A stretch of DNA of 64,000 nucleotides, from positions 74,214,001-74,278,000 of the forward strand of contig OX597823.1 in NCBI GenBank assembly GCA_951406725.2, read 5' to 3'. The position numbers were made by a program, and so were the translations under genes. The stretch's first letter is position 1. The number at the start of each line of letters is the position of its first letter. Below are positions 53,428-64,000 of the stretch, piece by piece. Below the pieces are notes generated by a model that was given only the letters and a program-made list of their open reading frames with translations, was not told the origin of the DNA and made no database searches. This DNA is from Octopus vulgaris (lineage: Eukaryota).

Positions 53428-53504
53428 CATACATATATATACATATATATATACATATATATATACACACACATATATATATACATATATATATATATAA
53501 ATAC

Positions 53505-53566
<62 letters not shown>

Positions 53567-53625
53567 GTATATATGTATGTATGAACATACATACAAACAC
53601 ACACACACACATACATACACATGCA
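53290..53625. repeat. (TA)n/(CA)n microsatellite
   Basis: Directly visible. Confidence 0.97.
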
Positions 53626-54300
53626 TGTCTGCAGTGTTTCTTAATTTGGTACTATTAAACTATGATAAACATAATCAGCTTTTATTCTTCTTATTGTTGT
53701 AACAATTACGTTGATGGTTATGGAGATTCAACGGTCCGGCAACAGGTTCATTGCATGATTAAATGTTATAGTATCTGTTTGGTTCAAGGGTATTATATTT
53801 TATCATGAATCCTGTGACGTTCCTTATAATTTGCTTCGTTTTCATAGTTGTTTAGCAATAGATCAATCTTGATCGAGCACATTTATGATCAAAGATATTT
53901 CAGACATGAGATATCTGCATTCTACATTGACTAGCATACTAAACTTGTCATTATAATATGCATTACATGTGTATCTATATTATGGGGCGAAGCAATGTTA
54001 CCAGTTGAGATTATGGTCAATTATAGTCGAAGCGATGTTATCAGTTAATATTGCTTACATACATATTTGTGCGTATGTTTGGTTATGCCTTGCAAACATG
54101 AAATCGATGTTTACACTGGGTTGTGTTTCTGTCTGGCATAAAGGTGATATATGGTTGTTATTCAGACAAATTGAGAGGTTTAACCTTTTAACGGTATATA
54201 TGCTCGGTTTCTGCACGCTGCATACGTTTTAATTTAATATACACGCGCAAACACAAATAAACACGCTCATAAGCACACACACACACACACACATGCACAC

Positions 54301-54341
<41 letters not shown>

Positions 54342-54419
54342 ATTGAGGTAATCAGATCAGATGGTTCATATTTGTAGATATTTATTTATATATTACATTT
54401 TTTACATATATATCATATC

Positions 54420-54469
54420 ATTCGGATTAGCGCTTGCTCCCATTCTAGTGGGTTTTCAAATCAAATCAG
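54420..54469 (-). ncRNA. Variant hammerhead-like motif (U3/A8 core) in the Penelope 3' region
   Basis: GATTTGAT-TTGAAAA-CCCA ctagaa TGGG-A-GCAA-GCGCT-A-ATCCGAAT. Confidence 0.45.
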
Positions 54470-54537
54470 TTGTGGGTAGTTTGAACCTTTTTATAGTTTC
54501 GTAGTAGTGGGTGAGGAGGAAGTGAGACAGAGAGAAA

Positions 54538-54613
<76 letters not shown>

Positions 54614-54821
54614 ATTTATATCTGAGAGTGAAGAAGTGTTATTTCCGTTGGTCTGCTGGACCCCCTGTGGTTTTATAAGAACTTTGGCTGTCCATTTCAA
54701 TGTCACTGAGTGTGTGTTGTGCATAGGTTGGCCTGGCAAATGTCATTTGGGGTCACACTTTCTATGATCATTCTGTGGAGGTGTGTGTGTGTGTGTGTGT
54801 GTCTCTGTGTGTCTGTGTGTG

Positions 54822-54873
<52 letters not shown>

Positions 54874-55392
54874 TGTGTGTGTCTGTGTGTTTGGAGAAGG
54901 GAGATAGACAAAAAGAGAAAAGTGAAAATAAAAATAATAATAATAAAAATAAAAAATTAAAAAATAAAAAAATAAAATAAAAACAAAAAATAAAAAATAA
55001 AAAATAAAATAAAAAAATATATAAAGAATAAATAAAAATATAAAGAATAAAAAATAAAAAAATAAAAATAAAAATAAAAATAAAAATAAGGGAGGAAGTG
55101 GAGAAGAAAAAATATTTTTGTGCGTTGATATTTATACCAACACATATATATATACACACACAGACTTATACATAAAATATTTGAAAAAACCTTTTTATCG
55201 GTTCAAAATGAACAACCAAATTATACCATCTTGAAAGTTGTATGTCATAGGAAAGTTAAAATTAAAGTGACAATTAAAGGGTAAAGATGGAAGTGAATTA
55301 TAAAGATAATAATATAATATGATGTATATAACAGGCAATACACACATCTACACACACACAGATTTTTCCTTCAATGTATGTTGAGTAAAGTT

Positions 55393-57228
55393 TCAGCCAT
55401 TTAATTTGGGGGAGAACTTAGCTATGAAATGTTTTTCCATATTCCTCCTGAAGGGGGTGTCATTCTTCGGACACTTGTAGAAGGGAAATATCTTAAATTT
55501 TCCTTCTCCACATGTAGCTAGGTGTGTGCTTAGTGGTATTTTGCGTAGTTCTTCCTGCCGAATATGTTGTCGGTGGATCCTGGCTCGCTGGCACAAAGAA
55601 TTACCAGTTTCTCCTACGTAATTCTCCTTGCATGTGGGGCAGGTTATGCAGTATATGACGTTCTGCGTCTTGCAGTTCATATCTGCATTTACTTTGAATA
55701 TGACACCATTTTTAAATCTTATCTCTCTGTTGCTCTCTATGTATTTGTAGGTGGGGTTGCTGCAGGTCCCACATCTACCATCTCCGCACTCTTTTGCAAA
55801 GAATTCCGTTTTAGTTTCTGAAGAGAATTTCGCTCTTGTTAGGTGTTTTTTTAGGTTTTTGTCCTGTCGTCTACTGTTTTTTATGCTATATTTGTTTAAT
55901 ATGTTTTTCATTTTGGGGCTCTGTAAGGCTATTGGTAGGTTTGAATGTATGGTTTGGAAGATGTTGGTAACTCCAGGGTTGTGTGTGTTTATAAAAGGGA
56001 TAGTGTTTTCTTTGTTTTTTGTTTTGGGTGTCCTGAGTTGTGTGATGTCTAGTTTTAATGCTCTTGTGATTCCATTTTCTATTAGTTTAAGGGGGTATTT
56101 TTGCTCTAGGAGGAAGCTTTTGAGTTCATCTAGTCTTATTAATCGTATTTGTGAATCAGTTACTATGCTACATATTCGTCGTGCCATACTATATGGGATG
56201 TTTCTTTTTGTGTGGGATGGGTGGCAGGAGTGGAAATTTAAGTATTGATGTGTGTCAGTTTTTTTGTAGTGGATGTCTGTTGTGACGATGGAGTTGTGTA
56301 TTTTGATGTTGATGTCTAGGAAGGGAAGTTCGTTGTGGCTGGTATCTATTGTGAAATTGATAGATGGGTGCAGCGTATTGAGGATGTTGTGGAATGTTTG
56401 TAGGTCCTCTTCTGATCTGTTCCAAAAGATGAAACAGTCATCGAGGTAGCGTTTCCACTTTTTCTTGATGTCTTCTCTGAAGTCGTGTTCGAAAACTTTC
56501 CCTATTTCGTCATATAGTTTTTTCTCCAGGAAGCCCATCACTAGGTTGGCATATGAAGGTGCGAATTTTGTACCCATAGCCGTGCCTTTTATCTGTCGGT
56601 ATGTCTTGTTGTTGAATGAGAATGTGTTTTCTTCTAGTATTAGTTGGGTGGCTTGGGTGATAAAGTTTGTCTTGAAGCGTTCATCTATAAGTTCTCTGTA
56701 TTTTTCTATTGATTGTTTTATAGCTTCTAGACCTAGGGTGTGTGGTATGTTTGTGTATAGATTTGTGACATCAAAGCTTGCAAGTATGGTGTTTTTCGGG
56801 ACTGTATTTGGAATGTGTGTGAGGAAGTCTATGTCATCCCTTATGTAGCTTGGAATCTGTGGGCATAGAGGTTTGAGGAGTATATCTATGAAGTGGCTTA
56901 GTTGTTGTGTTGGTGCCTGGGGTCCTGCCACTATTGGTCTCATCGTGAGGTCTGCAGGTCTTTGTACTCTTATGTAGTGGTTCCTCTGTTCCTTTATGGC
57001 TCTCTGTATTTCCGAGCTTTTATGAATTTTAGGTAATCCATAAAAGTTGCTTTCTTTGGTTTGTGAGTTGCATAGATAATCTTCCTCCTTATCTGTAAAG
57101 GAGTCCTGATATTCATTGACTAAAGTTCTAATTTTTCTTATTGTTGTTTTCTCCGGTGGTGTTGGTTCCTCTTTGTAATATGTCTGGTTGTTCAGTAACT
57201 CTAGTATCTTTTCTTTGTAGTAATCTGT
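55393..57228 (-). CDS. Penelope-type RT plus GIY-YIG endonuclease (N-terminally truncated; frame open upstream of Met 56943)
   Basis: FYGLPKIHK, RPIV, SFDVTNLYTNIP, QIKGTAMG, RYLDD, LPFLD, HSCHP, CxxxxCxxC linker, VIYCITCPTCKENYVGETG, R..HRQH, E..FI..F.PKLN. Confidence 0.96.
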   Translation of the reverse strand, partial: TDYYKEKILELLNNQTYYKEEPTPPEKTTIRKIRTLVNEYQDSFTDKEEDYLCNSQTKESNFYGLPKIHKSSEIQRAIKEQRNHYIRVQRPADLTMRPIVAGPQAPTQQLSHFIDILLKPLCPQIPSYIRDDIDFLTHIPNTVPKNTILASFDVTNLYTNIPHTLGLEAIKQSIEKYRELIDERFKTNFITQATQLILEENTFSFNNKTYRQIKGTAMGTKFAPSYANLVMGFLEKKLYDEIGKVFEHDFREDIKKKWKRYLDDCFIFWNRSEEDLQTFHNILNTLHPSINFTIDTSHNELPFLDINIKIHNSIVTTDIHYKKTDTHQYLNFHSCHPSHTKRNIPYSMARRICSIVTDSQIRLIRLDELKSFLLEQKYPLKLIENGITRALKLDITQLRTPKTKNKENTIPFINTHNPGVTNIFQTIHSNLPIALQSPKMKNILNKYSIKNSRRQDKNLKKHLTRAKFSSETKTEFFAKECGDGRCGTCSNPTYKYIESNREIRFKNGVIFKVNADMNCKTQNVIYCITCPTCKENYVGETGNSLCQRARIHRQHIRQEELRKIPLSTHLATCGEGKFKIFPFYKCPKNDTPFRRNMEKHFIAKFSPKLNG

Positions 57229-57370
57229 GTAATATATATATATATATGTATGTATATATATAATGTAGATCCACTTCAGATTTGTATTTGTCTAGCAAGT
57301 TGTCTCGCTTAGAATCCTAGATGGACATTGAGGTGTATCCAGGGATAACAGCTTCATGTTTTCACAGTCA

Positions 57371-57439
<69 letters not shown>

Positions 57440-57499
57440 TGTCTGTATCTGTCTGTCTGTTTGTTTCTCTGTATGTATATATATATATCTTTCTTTTCT

Positions 57500-57709
57500 T
57501 TTATCTTTTACTTGTTTCAGTCATTTGACTGCGACCATGCTGGAGCACCGCCTTTAGTCGAGCAAATCGACCCCGGAACTTATTCTGTGTAAGACCAGTA
57601 CTTATTATATCGGTCTCTTTTGCCTAACCTCTAAGAGACGGGGACGTAAACACACCAGCATCGGTTGTCAAGCAATGCTAGGGGGACAAACACAGACACT
57701 CAAACACAT

Positions 57710-57754
<45 letters not shown>

Positions 57755-57906
57755 CATATATACGACAGGCTTCTTTCAGTTTCCGTCGACCAAATCCACT
57801 CACAAGGCTATAGCAGAAGACACTTACCCAAGATGCCACGCAGTGGGACTGAACCCGGAACCACGTGGCTGGTTAGCAAGCTACTTACCACACAGCCACT
57901 CCTGCG

Positions 57907-57909
<3 letters not shown>
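57500..57909 (-). mobile_element. SINE family A
   Basis: Full-length homology. Confidence 0.92.
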
Positions 57910-57960
<51 letters not shown>

Positions 57961-58076
57961 GGGGCAGGCAACAGGTTGCTTATACCGAAATCTACCCGTA
58001 AATAATTGTTGTTTTTTTAAAAAAACTATTAATTATTTACCCTTATATTATTAATAATGGTATATATATAAATGTG

Positions 58077-58156
<80 letters not shown>

Positions 58157-58157
<1 letters not shown>

Positions 58158-58549
58158 ACAATTTGAATAAAAAATATTAGTACATTTGATTTTCAAGCGT
58201 GATGCTAGTCGTCAGCCATTTTGAATTTGAATGGCAGAAGTTGATTGTTATTACCTTAAGGTGGGCTGCGATTGGTCGAGGATGGTCACGCGCTGTCGTC
58301 GTTTGATGTTAGTGTATGGGTAGCTATTTGTTGAAAAATACTGCAAGGTGAACAGGAAATGGAACAATTTTCACGCTAATTGTTACCCGTACATCAACTT
58401 CAAACCACAACACGGCGCGACCTTCCTCGACCAACAGCAGCCTACCTTACGGTAATAACAATTTACTTCTGTCATTCAAATTCAAAATGGCTGACGGCTA
58501 AATTCATGCTTGAAACTCAAGAGTACCAACGAATTTGAATCAAACTGTT
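58157..58549. mobile_element. Long foldback element (~180-bp imperfect arms), MITE-like
   Basis: CGTCAGCCATTTTGAATTTGAATG vs CATTCAAATTCAAAATGGCTGACG, with complementarity continuing toward the centre. Confidence 0.85.
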
Positions 58550-58570
58550 TTGCTTCATACATGTAACTCC

Positions 58571-58625
58571 CAGTTCTACAATTAAGAGATGAGGAATTAT
58601 GTACATTATTTACATTATTTACATT
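58571..58625 (-). mobile_element. Isolated 3' tail of the 16431-16760 element family
   Basis: Reverse complement matches 16707-16760 (TGTAAATAAT..GTACATAATTC.TCATCTCTTAA..TAGAACTG). Confidence 0.85.
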
Positions 58626-58654
58626 GGAGCATATGTATATATTGCTGAGCTATG

Positions 58655-59021
58655 GATGTGTAGTAGCTTGCTTACTTAAAACATCGTTCCGGGTTCAGTT
58701 CCACTGCGTGGACTTGGGCACGTATCTTCTACAAATAGCCCCGGGTTGACCAAAGCCTTGTGAGTGGATTTGTTAAACGAAAACTGAAAGAAGCCTGTCG
58801 TATATGTGTTTGTGTGTGTGTATGCTTGTGTGTCTGTGTTTGTCCCCCCACTTTCGCCTGACAACTGATGATGGTGTGTTTACGTCCCCGTAACTTAGTG
58901 GTTCGGCTAGGGACCGATAGTATAAGTACTAGGCTTACAAAGAATAAGTCCTGGGGTCGATTTGTTCGACTAAAGGCGGTGCTACAGCATTGCCTAAGTC
59001 AAATGACTGAAAAAGTAAAAG
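58655..59021 (+). mobile_element. SINE family A
   Basis: Homologous to the other copies. Confidence 0.85.
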
Positions 59022-59023
59022 AA

Positions 59024-59076
<53 letters not shown>

Positions 59077-59211
59077 ATATCACCGTGATCACCGTGACCG
59101 ACCAGGCTATCAGATGTTGCTATATGCATATACAGATACCACACATATTCATATATACGGGCTTGTGTATGTATGTATGCCGTGCCTGTATATTTATGCG
59201 TCTGTATACAT

Positions 59212-59280
<69 letters not shown>

Positions 59281-59742
59281 TACGCACACACTGACATAGA
59301 AACACACACGTATGTTCATAATTTTAAAATCAGCCCCCCCCCCAAAAAAAAAAAACAAAACAAAAAAAAAAAGAAGAGACATAAATAAATCCTATTATCT
59401 GCAAAAGTAGAATTTCTTTAACTGGTTGGGAGCGAAATCTGAAATTATATCAAAGCATGAAATACTTCGAAATGTGAGGCTGCAAGGTAATCAATATCAA
59501 GAACTACCATTGGAAAACAGTTAAAAGGTTAACGTGCCGTTACAAATGCTACAAAATTATTATAGGTTAATTTATTTAATCCCTAAGTAATGTTTATTGC
59601 CGTTTCAACATAGCTGTTCGTTATGGAACTACGTTACTACCATTTTTTTTAACCTCAGGAGGAAATCTCCAGCCGGTTAGTGACGCAACCTGTGTCCGCT
59701 ATATTATGAGCAGGGTAGCGAACCCCTACCCTCTAGCGGTGA

Positions 59743-59801
59743 CAAGACCAGTATACCAGTCTGGTTTCAGAGTATTTACCTTCATCAGTACAGGACACCT
59801 G
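59743..59801 (-). ncRNA. Type I hammerhead ribozyme motif with intact core
   Basis: CCTGTA-CTGATGA-aggt aaat actct-GAAA-CCAG a CTGG-TA-TACTGG: canonical CUGAUGA/GAAA core, GUA triplet, stems I-III. Confidence 0.8.
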
Positions 59802-59891
59802 TCTCTGCTACACATGATAGTTATTCATTCTAGCTCGCAAAATACACTTTGCTTATTTAATGCGAGTGTGCACCGCATGATTTGTTTAATA

Positions 59892-59943
<52 letters not shown>

Positions 59944-61178
59944 ATTAATAATATTTGGGTAATAAAGATTTTAGAAAGTTTTACTACCTGTGACCTAGCG
60001 TATAGAAAAATTAGTCAATAGACTATATATTATTAATATAAGATACAGTGTACATTTAAACACATTAAGAGATTTCCAGCATAGGAATCTTTTTACGCTA
60101 GAAAGAACAGCTAAAGTCCAAACCACTAATTAGGGATAAATTTTCGAAGGGAATGAAAAATAAAAACATTTACCATCTCGTTCTTGGACCATGGTTTCTG
60201 ACTTATTCTAGTAAATAAAATAATTTACCATGGTGAAGTCTTCATCAACAGGGACGCCCACTAGGCCATGCTTCCTTATATAACACAAGTTTCATCTGCT
60301 CTTGCTATACACTACAATGTCTGGGACGAGGTAGTGCTTGTCTTGCGCAGGATTTTCATGTATGAAACTTTCTGAAGATACGATGAGTCTTCCAAATACA
60401 AACGCTAGCCGTGATCTATATGGACTGACGGCGCTAGTGGCAGTATTCTGTGATCAACTCAAACTGGAAAATCACTCTCTAGACAGTCAGTTGGAGTACA
60501 GTTCAAGACGAAAGCATGTTCGTATAGTTTGTAGAATAGGCCTCCAGTTCCGGCGTTTGTTCCTGTACAAATAATACTAACAACAATAATAATGTAGATG
60601 GTAGACAACAAACATTTGCAGAAAAGGGGGAAGAAGAAGGATGGGGAGCGGAATGGTAGATACTGTGTAGAATATAAAAGAAAACAACAAAACCAAAACA
60701 ATAACACAAGAAGAGAAATTCGATACGATGAAATTTTGGTTTGAGGTTGTGTCAATTAAGGCATCGTTGTGTAGCGGTTACACGGTTGGAATGAAGATAT
60801 ATATTTAAGATCAGATTAGGCAGTGCTTTCAAGATTTGAAGAAAACAAAAAACGGAAGAGTAAAATACTACAAACGAGCAGACAGGTTGTAGAATATCTA
60901 ATACGAGGTGTGTGTTTGAAATCTGTAATTACCATTCTTGTTAGAATTCCGAGCTAACTTTGAGATGCTTAAAAGAATCGAACAGGTCGATAAAACGAGT
61001 AGGTTATATAAGAAAAACCTATGCGTATGTGTACATGAACTTTTGTGTGCATATATGAGTGTATAATCATACGTATATCTACATATATACACACCTACAT
61101 ATGTACACACACAAACATATATACATATATACATGAATATACACACATGTATATACGCACACATATGTATACATACCT

Positions 61179-61228
<50 letters not shown>

Positions 61229-61489
61229 ATGCGTATATGCATACATATGCACATACACATATATATTCATGTATATAGTTGAATGTGTGTGTGTCTTTGG
61301 GCGGGTTGGTGCATATTTAAATGAATGTATGCGCGTGTCTAGATTTCATTCGTATTACGCATAAATGTACTTTTCAGTTTCGGTGACTAAAATGAAGATA
61401 CCTTCACTAATAACCTGATTATAGAGGCACAGACACATGCACGCACGTTTTCACTCACTCTCTCATACACACACCAATTTGCATACGAA

Positions 61490-61491
61490 CA

Positions 61492-61582
<91 letters not shown>

Positions 61583-61619
61583 TTATCTATCTATTTATCT
61601 ATCTATGTATCTATCTATT

Positions 61620-61692
<73 letters not shown>

Positions 61693-61709
61693 GTTTGTTT
61701 GTATGTATG

Positions 61710-61745
<36 letters not shown>

Positions 61746-61855
61746 CACACACATATTCTCTCTCTCAAACACACAGACATACATACACGGGCACACACAA
61801 ATTCGGACATATACAAACACACGCACACAAGCACAGACACACACACACACACAGA
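61490..61855. repeat. (TATC)n/(TA)n/(CA)n microsatellite
   Basis: Directly visible. Confidence 0.96.
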
Positions 61856-62379
61856 CTATTTCCTAAATATAGACGTGTACACATAATGAAAATGTAAGTT
61901 GTGCTGTTTTAAATTCGGCAGTTTACAGCTAGAAACGGTAAATTATCTGCTGTAGAGGTATTTTGATATTCAAACCGTGACTTATCTTGGCAACTCTATG
62001 GTGAGTTAGTTTATACAAATGCCGTCCCGTATGCTTTAACGTGTCTTCTGTTGATGCTCAACTTCCTGCGTTCGCTTACTGCTACGATTGCGAATCCTTC
62101 TGTCTGTTATTAGTTTTTCACTCCCAGGGACGCCATCAAATTAACAGACATATGATCAGTGTAGTCCATTTGCTGTTTCTTTTTTGTTGTTGTTGATATA
62201 CATTGTATTTATTTCTACGTTATGTAAAGTATTAGTAGTATTTCAAAGACGGTAAGGTGTAATTTTAGAGAGACTGACTGCTATTTCTAACCTGTTGAAG
62301 ACTAATGTGATCCTTTGAGATCTACTGTGCTTGGTCAAAGTGGATCCTAGGTGCACTTCATCGAGTCTCTCTTCGTTTA

Positions 62380-63385
62380 GTATAATAATGGTTGCTGTAT
62401 TTTGGCTGTTATATTTACCAAGATCTTGCTCTTTTCTAGCCGATCTCCAACTCGTATGCTTCTAGTACTTATTCTAGTCTGTAGCTGAGATCCTGTATTT
62501 CTGCTGCACTGTTTCTTAATAGGGCAATAATATCAGCAAAGCGCTGTTTGGAAATGGGCCGTCCTCCAGTAGAGACAGAGGGGTGAAGGTATTCAAGTGA
62601 CTCCTGCATGAGGTTCTTCAGGGAGATGCTGAACCGAACTGGAGAGAGGAAACAGACTTGCCGAATACTCACTTTTTTCCAGAAGAATTCTCCCATGTTG
62701 CTCAGGAGAACTGCACTGCTTGAGTTTTCATACAGCGCTGGGAGTATTTCGATGAGATTGTTGTCGAAAGTAATAATTCTTCATCAGCTGCCACTATCTA
62801 CCGTGACAAACACGGTTAAAGGCCTTTTTGAAGTTGATGAAGTTGTGATAGAGGTCAGACTGGTGTTGATGATGTTTCTCAGTAAGTAGTCTAATGTCAA
62901 ATATCTGGTCCACAATACTTCACTTGGGGTCTAAATCCCGTTCTTCTGCAAGATATTTTGCATCCCCCTTAAGCCTGTTTAGCAGAACTCTTAGCAATAA
63001 TTTCCTGGGGTGGCTAATTATGCTGATTCTTCTATAATTCTGGTAGTCTTAAGTTGCTTTCTTGGGAATGGGTATCAGTGATTGGGTCCACTTCTTTGGC
63101 CACTGCTTCACCTCCCATATTTTCTGACAGGAAACTGTTAGTGCCTTGATAAGCATTGACTCTCCATGTTTTGGGGGCTCTAATGTAATATTATCCACTC
63201 CTGGAGATTTCCTATCTTTGAGCATGCGAACTGTAACTTCGACTTCTTTCTGGAGAATTGGAATATTCCCAAGTTCTCTGTTATTTTTGTTGTTGTTGGA
63301 ATTGTCTAGGATGTTGCCGTCATGTTTGATGTTGTGATTGCAAAGGGTTTTGCAGCGTTCAGAACATCTTTTGATGACATGAAAC
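62380..63385 (-). mobile_element. Decayed RTE-clade (BovB-like) LINE RT fragment
   Basis: KSPGVDNI, QWPKKWT, NYRRISIISHP, FINFKKAFNRV, VSIRQVCFLSP (cf. VGVRQGCLLSP), GGRPISKQRFADII (cf. NLRFADDI). Confidence 0.9.
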
Positions 63386-64000
63386 GCTCATACAATAAAT
63401 AAAACAAAATAAACAGCACGCAGTACAACCACAAATTCCCCTAACTGTACCAGAACGAGGGCATTTTTATTCCGTGGAAACTGCTTGCTATAAAACAAAG
63501 CCAACAAGGCAACGGTATCACCTCCACCCAACAAAACGACATTGGTGCCACTAGAAGAACATTCAATAACGAATACACGTACCACCCACACACATACGCC
63601 AAAAAATATGTAAAATCAACGTAATTTCCCTGTGTACAAATATGTAACAGAAGGCTTGATGTGGCCAAGTAGAGCTCTGACCAAAATCATTCTAACCAAG
63701 ATGTTCCACCTATTTTTATCTAATAATTTACCCAAGAGTATGCTATATAAAGTGACCTCCGTTTATTAAGTTCACTTAATGCGGGAGATATTTGGCTGTA
63801 ATTGTTCTTTTTAAAGTAACTGCATCCATGCTTCCTCGTTCTCTCGTCAGTTTTGTCAGTTTGTCCTATTGATGGTAAGCAGAAATGTACTCTTACTTAA
63901 GAATTATAATCTAAATTTAATAAATATATAAAACTTAGTAAATTTGGAATAATTTGAGAACAGGAATTTATTTTGTATCTTGAAATGCAATTGACAAACA

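Larger units (their letters stand above)
54335..57230 (-). mobile_element. 5'-truncated Penelope-like retroelement (Naiad/Neptune-type) inserted in (TA)n
   Basis: RT plus GIY-YIG ORF, ~1-kb 3' region with a hammerhead-like motif, (TA)n on both sides (54305-54334 and ~57232-57247). The left boundary is inferred. Confidence 0.88.

Noticed and set aside
54695-54750. SECIS-like ATGA-N13-AA-N23-GA spacing in the Penelope 3' region (some Naiads encode selenoproteins)
   Set aside because: Helix II does not pair and the retained ORF has no in-frame TGA.
54905-55090. A-rich tract as an element poly(A) tail or Phe/Ile-rich membrane ORF
   Set aside because: It is a low-complexity (AAAAAT)n repeat apparently inside the Penelope 3' region.

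Overview
AT-rich, repeat-saturated eukaryotic DNA. The SINE sequences and the density of (TA)n/(CA)n/(TATC)n arrays point to an octopus (cephalopod) genome, which is an inference from recalled repeat families. I found no confidently intact host gene, and most ORFs in the track are microsatellite or SINE artefacts. Two near-intact retroelement ORFs are present, both on the minus strand: a 5'-truncated CR1/Jockey-group LINE (APE endonuclease remnant plus RT, ~49933-52695) and a 5'-truncated Penelope-like element (RT plus GIY-YIG, ~54335-57230) sitting in (TA)n. The window also holds decayed mariner/Tc1/pogo, R4/Dong, RTE and CR1-like fragments, at least four tRNA-derived SINE families, Helitron/Helentron-type non-autonomous elements, several foldback MITEs and a probable kinase pseudogene. 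Three observations stand out. (1) A complete, TSD-flanked 330-bp element at 16431-16760 combines a tRNA-like Pol III head, a hammerhead-ribozyme motif and a Penelope-type inverted end with an extra tail, making it a candidate Penelope-mobilised ribozyme SINE. (2) Five further hammerhead motifs occur in distinct small elements, one with an intact core at 59743-59801. (3) The LINE 3' end matches the 3' end of the dominant SINE, with compensatory changes in the terminal stem-loop, identifying a likely LINE/SINE partner pair. All calls were made by eye and coordinates may be off by a few bases.
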